Positions 1-8,732 of a stretch of DNA of 32,000 nucleotides are shown here, piece after piece. Each line of letters opens with the position of its first letter. Positions within the stretch are counted from its first letter, which is position 1. A program made the position numbers and the translations under genes. The notes under the pieces were generated by a model that did no database searches, had not been told where the DNA came from, and worked only from the letters and a program-made list of their open reading frames with translations. The stretch comes from Mycobacterium tuberculosis H37Rv (GTDB taxonomy: Bacteria; Actinomycetota; Actinomycetes; Mycobacteriales; Mycobacteriaceae), in the NCBI RefSeq assembly GCF_000195955.2, contig NC_000962.3:510001-542000 (forward strand), read 5' to 3'.

Positions 1-322
<322 letters not shown>

Positions 323-376
323 ACCCCCACGCTAGCGCAGCGCGGCGCCGGTGTGCACGGACGGCCCGATGCCGCG

Positions 377-652
377 TTAGGCCTCTTCCATCGCCTCGCC
401 GAGTTCCTCGAGGACCCGGTTGTGGTGGTTATTTGCCAAGATATGTCCGGTGGCGATAACCAGGGCGACCGGCCAGTCGATGAGTTCGAGGGCAGCGAGT
501 GCCGCCAGACCTCCGTAGTAGGCCAGGTGCTCTGGCCGCGGAATCTTCACTTGGCCGCAGATCGGGAGGTTCATCACAATAGTCTCCGCTTCGCGGATCT
601 TAGCCACGGCCTCACGCTGAGATGTCGCTCGACGCGTATTCTTTTCGGCCAT
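377..652 (-). CDS. Small conserved hypothetical membrane-associated protein (Rv0424c-like, 91 aa)
   Basis: The ORF has tandem ATG ATG at 655/652. GAAAGG lies 6 nt upstream of the second ATG. A hydrophobic segment reads GGLAALAALELIDWPVALVIATGHIL. The gene sits 46 bp downstream of ctpH on the same strand. Confidence 0.7.
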   Translation of the reverse strand: MAEKNTRRATSQREAVAKIREAETIVMNLPICGQVKIPRPEHLAYYGGLAALAALELIDWPVALVIATGHILANNHHNRVLEELGEAMEEA

Positions 653-701
653 CATTTGCCTTTCAGTAACGAAGGGTTTGCCGTTGTGCAGGGTGGTGCG
701 G

Positions 702-3700
702 TCACCGTCGGGGGTATGTCGACGAGGACCGATGCGCTGGCGGACCCTTTGGCTTCGTCGTTTGCCTTGTTGCTGACGGTGCCTTTACTGGAGCTTTACG
801 CCGTGCTGTGGCGCGTCGGCGTCGTCGAGGTCCGGGGGGCGCACCGGGGGACGCGTCGCGGGAAAGCGCATCGGTCTCGGGTGGTTGCGGGTTCGGCTGG
901 CCCGATTTGTCCCGACCCGTCAGCACACGGTTCAGCACGGCGACGGCGACGGTCGCAGCAGTCGCGGCTGCTGTCGCCTGCGCCCAGCCGAGTGGGTCGA
1001 GGGGGGTGCAGCCGAGCAACTGGCTGACGACGGGGATGCTGATCAAGGTTGCCAGCGCGGCCAGTGAGCCCAGTGCGGTGAGCACAACCAGCCAGGCATG
1101 CGAGTCCACCAAGGTTTGACCCAACTGAGCGGCCACCAGCGCCACCAGCGCCACCGTGGATGCGCGGCGCGGCAAGCCGGTGAACCCCGCCATCACCCAG
1201 GCCACGGTGGCCGCGGCCGCCGTGGTCGCCCCGCGGATACCGACGGCACGCCATAGCTCGCGTTGATCGGGACCGCGGGTTGCCGGCGTTACCGGGTCGC
1301 TTGGCTTGCTGACCGCGAGCGCCGCCGCGGGCAGTGCGTCGGTCAGCATGTTCACCAGCAGCAGCTGACGGGTGTTCAACGGCGAGGTCCCGGTGATAGC
1401 GCTGCCGATGATGGCAAAGGCCACCTCGCCCGCGTTGCCGCCGAGCAGCACAGACACTGCCGCTTGCACCCGCTGCCAAAGCTGGCGTCCTTCCAGGATT
1501 GCGGGCAGCAATGACTCGATCCGGCCGTCGACCAACACCAGGTCGGCGGCGACTCGGGCCGGGTCGCTGCCGTGGGCGACGACACCGATGCCGACGGTGG
1601 CGGCGCGGATCGCGGCCGCGTCATTGGAGCCGTCGCCGACCATTGCGCACACCCGGCCGCTGTGTTCCAGCGTCTGCACGATCTGTACCTTGTTCTCCGG
1701 TGTCATCCGGGCGAAGATCACCCGCTCGGCTACCGCTCGCTCCTGGTCCTTGCGTGACAGGGCATCCCACTCGGCACCGCTAATGACCTGCTCAGGGCTC
1801 ACTTGCATGCCGAGCTCCTCGGCGATGGCGGCGGCGGTAATCGGGTGATCACCGGTGATCAGCCGGATATCCAGATCGTGCTCGTGCAGGTCCGCAAGTA
1901 GGGCCGCCGCCTGGGCGCGGGGGGTGTCGGACAACCCAAGAAACCCCACCAGACTCAACTCGTCGCGGCACAATCTCGCGATCTCGTCGGGGTCGTCCAC
2001 GACCGACTGTGCCTGTTGCGCGGTCAGCTGGCGGTGGGCCACCGCGATCACCCGCAATCCGTTGGCGGCCAGTTCAGCGACCGCGTCGTCCATGCTCGAG
2101 CCGATGCCTTCGCACGCCGCCAGCACCACTTCGGGCGCACCTTTGACGGTCAGCTCGGTGCCGGACACCGAGGCGGAAAACGACCTACCGGAGCGAAATG
2201 GCAGGTGGGCGGCGGGTTCTGCGGCGCCGGGTTCGGCACCGTCGGTGCCACTGGCGGCAGCCGCTGCCGCAGCTTGCACGATCGCGACGTCGGTGGCGTG
2301 CACCTGCGGGCCGTTCGACGCCGGCGCAGCGTGCGCCGCGCAGCGCAGCACTTCCTCGCGCGAGTGCCCCGCCACCGGCCGCACCTGCGCCACCCGCAAA
2401 CGGTTCTCGCTGAGCGTTCCGGTCTTGTCGAAGCAGACCATGTCGACACGGCCGAGCGCCTCCACCGAGCGCGGGATGCGGACCAGCGCACCGAAGTGAC
2501 TTAGCCGTCGCGCGGATGCCTGCTGGGCCAGTGTGGCCACCAGCGGCATCCCTTCCGGCACTGCGGCCACTGTGACTGCGATACCGCTGGCCACCGCTTG
2601 GCGTAGGCCCCGCCGGCGCAACAGCCCAAGCCCGGTGACCAGTGCGCCGCCGGTCATGCTGACCGGCCAGGCCTGGTTGGTGAGCCGACTCAGCTGATGC
2701 TGCAGGCCGACGCTGGACAGATCACCGGACACGAGCTCGGCCGCGCGGCGCTCCTGAGTGTCAGGACCCACCGCGGTCACCACCGCGACCGCGGTGCCGG
2801 ACACGACGGTCGTCCCGGCATAGAGCATGCAGCGACGTTCGATCAGGTCGACACCCGGCGTGGGTTCGACTTGTTTGGTCACCGACAGCGACTCACCGGT
2901 GAGCGCGGACTCGTCGACCTCCACGTCGACCTCCTCAATCACCCGGGCGTCGGCGGGAACCACCTCGTGGGTCCGCACCTCGATGATGTCGCCGGGACGC
3001 AGCTCCTCGGCGCGGACTTCGATGTACCTCGGCTGGTCGTCCGCGCCGGCCAGCACCTTCCTGGCGGGTGGAATCTGCTGAGCCAACAAGCGATTCAGCC
3101 GACTTTCGGCACGCAGCCGCTGGCTGGCCGCGAGAATAGAGTTTCCGGTGAGCACCGAACCGACCATCACCGCGTCCACCGGCGAACCCAACACCGCACT
3201 GGCCATTGCACCAAGCGCCAGCATAGGCGTCAACGGGTCCGACAACTCCGCGCGCATGGCCTTGGTCAACTGCCAAAGCGCGTTCAAGGGTGCCTGGGTT
3301 ATTTGTGCGCCGCGCTTCGCCGTGTGCAGGCCACCGGCCAGCGCACGGGCCGGATACGGCGAAGGCGGTGCCTTCGCCGGTGCCTGCTCGTCCGGCGACG
3401 GCAAAGCTTTGCGGACTTGCTCGACCGACATTGCGTGCCATTCATGAGCGGGTGCCGGTCGCGGTGCTTGCGCGTCGACGACCTTGCGTGCCAGCAGGTA
3501 TCCCGAGAGCAGTCCGGCCGCCGCGCCGGTGGTCACCGGGCCGGGCCCCAGTCCGCGGACCCCTGGCAGCATCAACAGGGCTCCCAAAGCCGATGCACCA
3601 CCGGAAATTTCGTTACCTCGCTGGCGTGCGGCCCTGGCCGCCGGAATCGCGTGCAGCACCCTCCAGGCGGCTCCAAGATCGGGCAGCAGGACATCTGCGT

Positions 3701-5321
3701 ACCAGGGCGGTGCACCGGCTCCAGGTGGTGGCAGCACACCAAGCGCCACATCGGCAGCCGAAAGCGCTTGCTTACCAACCGATGACAACACCGCGACGGT
3801 GCGGCCCGCCTGGCGCAGCTCGGCCACCGCACGGGCTAGGGCTTCGTCGAGGGACCCGCTGGCACCGTCGTCGAGGGGCCGGATGTCGTCGAACACCGGT
3901 CGCAACTCGCCCAGGGCGTCGACATCGACCGAAACCAGGTCCGCCCCGGTGCGATGTGCCTCGGCAACCACCGCGGAGGCCAGCCGGTCGTGCATGGGGC
4001 GGAAAAGTGCCTCGACTGCCGAATCCGAACCGCTGGCCGAGACACCGGGTACTCGGTGCCAGCCTGGGCGCAGGCCACTCTCCGTCAAAACGAGTTGCGC
4101 CCGATTCCACGCTGTGGACAGCTCGTCTGCGCCGCAACCGCGGATGCGCGCCACGCGCAGGTCATCGGTGCACAGCACGCGGGGGTCGATGACGATCGCA
4201 TCGACCCGATCCAATCGGCGCAAACTCTCCGGCCGTAACGGCAACACCGCGTGCTGATCAGCCAAACCTTGGCCGAGCGCCGCGGCGAACGCCTCCGGCG
4301 TGGTCCGGCTGGCTTTGGGGGTGGCCACCAGCGTCGCGGTCGCGGCCATGTCCGCGTCGCGGGTCCCGGCGCCCACGAGCACCGCGCTCAGCGCTTGGAT
4401 CAGCGCGAAACGCGCGACGCTGCGTTGGACAGGTTGCGTCGACCGTGCGGGACGCGGCCAAAGGGATTGGGGTTGGTCGGCCGGTTCGTCGGCGTGCAGC
4501 GCGAGCTGTGGTTCATGCCGGCGCCAGGCTCTGGCTCCGGCACGGCATTCCGCGGCTTTCAGCGCCTGGATCGTCAGATCCACCGACAACGCCGCCGGCG
4601 ACAGCGTGACCGTGTGTGCGGCGGCCATGGCCAGCTCAAGGACGGTGGCGGTCGCCTCCGTGCCTATTCGATCCTCGAGTAGGCGGCGCAGCAACGGCTG
4701 GTGGTCCACGGCCGCCACCGCTGCCTCGATGACGAGCGGAAATCGGGGCCAGCGCAGCGCCCGGCCGCCGAGCGCTAAGCCCAGCCCGGCCGCGGTGGCG
4801 GCTACCGTTACAGCTCTGACCGCCAGCAGCACGCCGTCGCCCGGCAGGCTCCCCGGTGATTGCGCCAGCTGATCGGCGGCTTGATCTGGGTGGCGGTGTC
4901 TTTCGGCTTTTTCGGCGTCATCGACAATGCGGCAAAGTTCGCGCAGTGATGTGTCGGGATCGTCGATAGCGACGACGACACGGGACAACGGGTAGTTCAG
5001 GCTGGCCGACCCGACCCCGGGGTGGGCTTGGATTGCGTTGAGCACGACGCGCCCAAGTTCGTCGTCGCCTCCGCTGCGCAAGCCGCGCACTTCGATCCAG
5101 GCGCGACGCTCGCCACGCCAACAGTTCCGGCCGAGTGTCTCGCGGGACAGCTCGCCGGAAAGTGCCTTGGCTCCTGCGCGCAGCGGGATGATGGCGACCT
5201 TCATACCGGTTCCGACCCCGGTCTTGGCCAGGGTTGCCGAGACCGCTGTCGCGGCAGTGATCGATGCGCCGGTAAGGGTGGCGGTCGCCCGGAAGCCCGT
5301 GGCGACAGCACGCACCGGCAT
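702..5321 (-). CDS. ctpH: Giant P-type cation-transporting ATPase CtpH (1539 aa from ATG 5321; an in-frame TTG at 5351 would add 10 aa)
   Basis: The C-terminal half carries all the P-type signatures: TGES (LTGESLSV), PEGMP in TM4, the phosphorylation site CFDKTGTLS, the hinge MVGDGSNDAAAIRAATVGIGV, and a Cation_ATPase_N-like WHAMSVEQVRKAL. The roughly 630 aa N-terminal extension is discussed in findings. Confidence 0.93.
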   Translation of the reverse strand: MPVRAVATGFRATATLTGASITAATAVSATLAKTGVGTGMKVAIIPLRAGAKALSGELSRETLGRNCWRGERRAWIEVRGLRSGGDDELGRVVLNAIQAHPGVGSASLNYPLSRVVVAIDDPDTSLRELCRIVDDAEKAERHRHPDQAADQLAQSPGSLPGDGVLLAVRAVTVAATAAGLGLALGGRALRWPRFPLVIEAAVAAVDHQPLLRRLLEDRIGTEATATVLELAMAAAHTVTLSPAALSVDLTIQALKAAECRAGARAWRRHEPQLALHADEPADQPQSLWPRPARSTQPVQRSVARFALIQALSAVLVGAGTRDADMAATATLVATPKASRTTPEAFAAALGQGLADQHAVLPLRPESLRRLDRVDAIVIDPRVLCTDDLRVARIRGCGADELSTAWNRAQLVLTESGLRPGWHRVPGVSASGSDSAVEALFRPMHDRLASAVVAEAHRTGADLVSVDVDALGELRPVFDDIRPLDDGASGSLDEALARAVAELRQAGRTVAVLSSVGKQALSAADVALGVLPPPGAGAPPWYADVLLPDLGAAWRVLHAIPAARAARQRGNEISGGASALGALLMLPGVRGLGPGPVTTGAAAGLLSGYLLARKVVDAQAPRPAPAHEWHAMSVEQVRKALPSPDEQAPAKAPPSPYPARALAGGLHTAKRGAQITQAPLNALWQLTKAMRAELSDPLTPMLALGAMASAVLGSPVDAVMVGSVLTGNSILAASQRLRAESRLNRLLAQQIPPARKVLAGADDQPRYIEVRAEELRPGDIIEVRTHEVVPADARVIEEVDVEVDESALTGESLSVTKQVEPTPGVDLIERRCMLYAGTTVVSGTAVAVVTAVGPDTQERRAAELVSGDLSSVGLQHQLSRLTNQAWPVSMTGGALVTGLGLLRRRGLRQAVASGIAVTVAAVPEGMPLVATLAQQASARRLSHFGALVRIPRSVEALGRVDMVCFDKTGTLSENRLRVAQVRPVAGHSREEVLRCAAHAAPASNGPQVHATDVAIVQAAAAAAASGTDGAEPGAAEPAAHLPFRSGRSFSASVSGTELTVKGAPEVVLAACEGIGSSMDDAVAELAANGLRVIAVAHRQLTAQQAQSVVDDPDEIARLCRDELSLVGFLGLSDTPRAQAAALLADLHEHDLDIRLITGDHPITAAAIAEELGMQVSPEQVISGAEWDALSRKDQERAVAERVIFARMTPENKVQIVQTLEHSGRVCAMVGDGSNDAAAIRAATVGIGVVAHGSDPARVAADLVLVDGRIESLLPAILEGRQLWQRVQAAVSVLLGGNAGEVAFAIIGSAITGTSPLNTRQLLLVNMLTDALPAAALAVSKPSDPVTPATRGPDQRELWRAVGIRGATTAAAATVAWVMAGFTGLPRRASTVALVALVAAQLGQTLVDSHAWLVVLTALGSLAALATLISIPVVSQLLGCTPLDPLGWAQATAAATAATVAVAVLNRVLTGRDKSGQPNPQPPETDALSRDASPGAPPGPRRRRRATARRKAPVKAPSATRQTTKPKGPPAHRSSSTYPRR

Positions 5322-5372
5322 AGCCCGTGCGATGGATGCAGCAATGCTCAAGAGTTGCTCAACGCCGCCAGA

Positions 5373-5816
5373 CTAGTTGGTGCTGCGCAGCTCAGCGGTG
5401 CCCGCTCGGCGACCGCTCGTCTTCCTGGCTGTTGTCTTGCTCGCTTTGGCTGGCGCTTCCTTTGCGGCAGCCGGCTTGTCGGGCACCGGCGCAAGTTTCG
5501 CCTTCACCGGCGGTGCGGCCACCTCGGGGGTGCGGTTGAGCTTCCGCAATAGCAACGCTCCGCCGCCCACGGCCAACAGGATCGGCCAATCGACGAGTCC
5601 AGCGACACCGATCGCACCGATGGCCAACGCGGCTGCCGCGGTCGACTTGCTGCCGCTGCTAAGCCCCTTCTGAATGCCTTTGGCGGCTCCGGTCACACCG
5701 CCGACGATGCCGCTCACGGCGGCGCCACCCACCGCACCCGCGGCCGCTGTGGTCGCCGTTGCTGCACCACTCACCGTTCGCCCCACGGTTCGAACTGTCC
5801 CGCCGACCACACTCAT
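5373..5816 (-). CDS. Gly/Ala-rich small membrane protein (Rv0426c-like, 147 aa)
   Basis: ATG at 5816 is preceded by AGGGAG 6 nt upstream. The longer 191-aa ORF extension looks non-coding. There is one clear TM segment, AAALAIGAIGVAGLVDWPILLAVGGGALLL, followed by a Lys/Pro/Ala-rich tail. The stop lies 51 bp upstream of the ctpH ATG. Confidence 0.75.
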   Translation of the reverse strand: MSVVGGTVRTVGRTVSGAATATTAAAGAVGGAAVSGIVGGVTGAAKGIQKGLSSGSKSTAAAALAIGAIGVAGLVDWPILLAVGGGALLLRKLNRTPEVAAPPVKAKLAPVPDKPAAAKEAPAKASKTTARKTSGRRAGTAELRSTN

Positions 5817-6016
5817 GATGACTCCCTGGCCCAAACTGCATTCGTTTACAAATGGTTTAGCTACAGTTCTACACTCGTTAACCCGCACCCTGCATTCGCA
5901 CCGCTGACGAGATTTCTGTTCAGCGCTCTCGAAATGCAAGCCTGCCACGCCGCCCTGACTGAGACAACGCGCAACTGCCGCGTGCGGCGCGACTGCCGAC
6001 TACCGCCGTACGCCGC

Positions 6017-6892
6017 CTACCCGGCGTGCAGGTCGACGAGCACCGGAGCGTGGTCGCTGGGCGCTTTGCCTTTACGCTCCTCGCGTACGATCTGGGCGTC
6101 CATCACCCGGGCGGCCAACGCCGGCGAGCCGAGGATGAAGTCGATGCGCATGCCCTGTTTCTTCGGGAACCGCAGCTGCGTGTAATCCCAGTAGGTGTAA
6201 ACCCCGGGTCCCGGGGTGAAAGGCCGTACTACATCGGTGAATTGCGCGTCGACAATGGCGTTGAACGCCTTGCGCTCGGGTTCGGAAACGTGCGTGCAGC
6301 CGGCGAAGAATTCGGTGCTCCAGACATCATCATCGGTCGGAGCGATGTTCCAGTCGCCCATCAGTGCGATTGGTGCGGCGGGATCGTCACGTAGCCAGCC
6401 TTCGGCCGTATCACGCAGCGCGGCAAGCCAATCCAACTTGTAGGTGTAGTGCGGATCGTCCAGGGCGCGCCCGTTGGGCACGTAGAGGCTCCACACCCGG
6501 ATGCCGCCGCAGGTGGCGCCCAGGGCACGGGCCTCCGTCGTGGCGGCCACTTCCGGCTTGCCGCTCCAGCTGGGCTGGCCGTCGAACCCAACCCGCACGT
6601 CGTCGAGGCCGACGCGGGATGCGATCGCCACGCCGTTCCACTGATCGAAGCCGACGTGTGCGACGTCATAGCCGAGTTCGAACAGCGGCAAGGCCGGGAA
6701 TTGGCCGTCCGGGCACTTGGTCTCCTGCATGGCCAACACGTCGACATCGGCGCGCCCAAGCCAATCGAGGACACGATCCAACCGGGTGCGAATCGAATTC
6801 ACATTCCAGGTGGCCAGCCGCAGCAGCGGCGATCGCAAGCGCGGCGAAGCCGGGCGTTGGGGGTGGCCGCCGTCAATTGTGCCGTCGGGCAT
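6017..6892 (-). CDS. xthA: Exodeoxyribonuclease III (EEP family AP endonuclease), 291 aa
   Basis: The N-terminal motif LATWNVNSIRTR and C-terminal PSDHAPVLVDL are typical of ExoIII/Xth. ATG at 6892 lies 2 nt after the stop of the upstream gene. The 369-aa ORF extension overlaps that gene and is rejected. Confidence 0.92.
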   Translation of the reverse strand: MPDGTIDGGHPQRPASPRLRSPLLRLATWNVNSIRTRLDRVLDWLGRADVDVLAMQETKCPDGQFPALPLFELGYDVAHVGFDQWNGVAIASRVGLDDVRVGFDGQPSWSGKPEVAATTEARALGATCGGIRVWSLYVPNGRALDDPHYTYKLDWLAALRDTAEGWLRDDPAAPIALMGDWNIAPTDDDVWSTEFFAGCTHVSEPERKAFNAIVDAQFTDVVRPFTPGPGVYTYWDYTQLRFPKKQGMRIDFILGSPALAARVMDAQIVREERKGKAPSDHAPVLVDLHAG

Positions 6893-6894
6893 GG

Positions 6895-7803
6895 CTAGAA
6901 GGTATCCCAGCCGACCGACTGGGCAGGAAGATAGCGGCAGTGATGGTGCAGCCGGAAGCCCAGGGACTCGGCGAGGACGGATGTCGCGGTGTCGTGCACG
7001 CGCACGTAGCCGCGGGTCGCGCCGCGGCCCGCTCCCCAGCCCAACAGCGCTTCCCACAATTGGCGGCCAGCGGAGCCGGTCGCGGATTGCTCGTCGGCGG
7101 CACGCATTGCCGACAGACCCACCCACCGGGTGCCGTCGGGTGCGTCGGTTACCGCTGCACGTGCGACCGCCACACCCAGGTAGCTGCCGAATGCCAACTC
7201 GCCGTCGATGACGGGGGTCGCCATGTCGAGGGGTAGGCGTTGGTGGTAGAGCCGCAGCCAGGTGTCGTCGGGGTGGTCCAGCAACGTGACCGACCGGTCG
7301 GGTTCACCGGTGGACACGTCACGCACCAACACTTGCTCTCGGCGCTCACCTGCCAGGTCGGCCGGTAGTGGCAGCAAGCGGTCCGGGACGGCCAGCCATG
7401 GCTGCAGATCACGGCTCGCATACCATGCGCTGATTTCTGTGATGGTGTTCGTGTGTGCCGAGATATCCAGCGGTACTGCTGAATTAGCGGCCAGTACGGC
7501 CCCGTGTCCGGCTCGCAGGAGCCAGCCGTCCAGCCAGGTTCGTTCAACGCCGGGCCAGGCCGCCGCGGCGGCGTGTTCAAGTGCGCGGATCGCGGCGGTG
7601 CGCACCGGCGCATCGGTCAGGACCCGCAGGGCCACCACATCGACGGGCGAGAACTCGACGATGGTCCCGGTCTTGGTCTGCACTCGCACCGTCGGATCGA
7701 CGGCTAGCAGCCGACCCACCGCATCGGTCAGCGGTGGCATCGATCCGGCGGGCCGGCGGTAGCGCACCGTTACCCGTGTCCCAAGCCCCGGCCACGAGAC
7801 CAT
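6895..7803 (-). CDS. GNAT-family acetyltransferase-like protein (Rv0428c-like, 302 aa)
   Basis: The C-terminal GNAT-like core reads ...QLWEALLGWGAGRGATRGYVRVHDTATSVLAESLGFRLHHH. ATG 7803..7801 shares one base with the def stop TAA (7805..7803). An upstream ATG at 7842 would lie inside def. Confidence 0.75.
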   Translation of the reverse strand: MVSWPGLGTRVTVRYRRPAGSMPPLTDAVGRLLAVDPTVRVQTKTGTIVEFSPVDVVALRVLTDAPVRTAAIRALEHAAAAAWPGVERTWLDGWLLRAGHGAVLAANSAVPLDISAHTNTITEISAWYASRDLQPWLAVPDRLLPLPADLAGERREQVLVRDVSTGEPDRSVTLLDHPDDTWLRLYHQRLPLDMATPVIDGELAFGSYLGVAVARAAVTDAPDGTRWVGLSAMRAADEQSATGSAGRQLWEALLGWGAGRGATRGYVRVHDTATSVLAESLGFRLHHHCRYLPAQSVGWDTF

Positions 7804-8396
7804 TAGTGACCGAACGGGTCGGGGTCCTCGCCGGGCAGCCACGACAGTCCGGGAACGCCCCAGCCATGTGACTTGACGGCCCGTTTGGCGTTGCGGGCGT
7901 ACCGGCCGATGAGGCGGTCCAGGTACAGGAATCCATCAAGGTGCCCGGTTTCGTGCTGCAGCATCCGCGCGAACAGGCCGGTGCCCTCGATACTGACCGG
8001 ACTGCCATCGGCGTCGAGTCCGGTGACTCGTGCCCACTTCGCGCGTCCGGTAGGAAATGACTCGCCGGGAACCGACAGACAGCCTTCGTCGTCGGTGTCC
8101 GGGTCGGGCATGGTCTCAGGTATTTCGGAGGTCTCAAGCACCGGATTGATGACCACACCGCGTCGGCGGGCGGTCATTGCGCGGTCCGCGGCGCAATCGT
8201 AGACGAAGAGCCGCAGGCTGCAGCCGATCTGGTTGGCAGCCAGGCCGACTCCGTTGGCGGCGTCCATGGTGTCGTACATGGTGGCGATCAACTGGGCGAG
8301 ATCCGCCGGGAGTGAACCGTCGGCGGCGACCGTCACCGGTGTGGTCGCAGTGTGTAAGACGGGATCGCCCACGATGCGGATGGGTACGACTGCCAT
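7803..8396 (-). CDS. def: Peptide deformylase, 197 aa
   Basis: All three PDF motifs are present: [18 protein letters not shown] and QHETGHLDG. Confidence 0.96.
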
Positions 8397-8732
8397 GGTG
8401 GGCTAGCTTAAGCGCGCCGACGATACGCGCCGCGAGGCGGCGGGCTGAGGAGGCGGGCAATCGGCTTAGGCGCGCCGCGGGGCGGCGGGCATCATCGCCG
8501 GGTGTGAACCACACGACGGCTGGCCGGCATGTCGCGTCGCAGGATTCACACTCGGAGCATGAGCCGGCGCGCCGCGATCGGCAGTCGGGTGCAAGCAAGT
8601 CGGCCGACTCGCGGGCAGGATTACCGCCCGACGGTTCCTGGCGTGGTTCAATATTCGCCGAAGAAGCGCCTACGTAGGCCAAGTCATTCGTACACATTGA
8701 GAATTCGCCGGAAGGGCCCAGGGGAAAGCGAT

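Noticed and set aside
5817-5948. Upstream extensions of the Rv0426c-like ORF (191 aa) and of Rv0430 (8529..8732), groEL2 (18566..18607), ufaA1 (26508..26672) and the AAA+ gene (14534..14644)
   Set aside because: The extensions lack coding character or overlap neighbouring genes. Internal starts have SD sequences or 4-nt coupling overlaps, and they give products that begin at the conserved N-termini.
6893-7126. The in-frame upstream extension of xthA, giving a 369-aa ORF
   Set aside because: It would overlap the C-terminal GNAT core of the upstream gene, and the extension is Arg/Pro-rich. ATG 6892 gives the expected ExoIII length.
8441-8490. Several G-tracts (GGGC...GGGC...GGGG...GGGC) that suggest a G-quadruplex
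   Set aside because: The loops between tracts are up to about 24 nt, well outside canonical G4 spacing. The pattern is better described as part of the direct repeat reported in findings.
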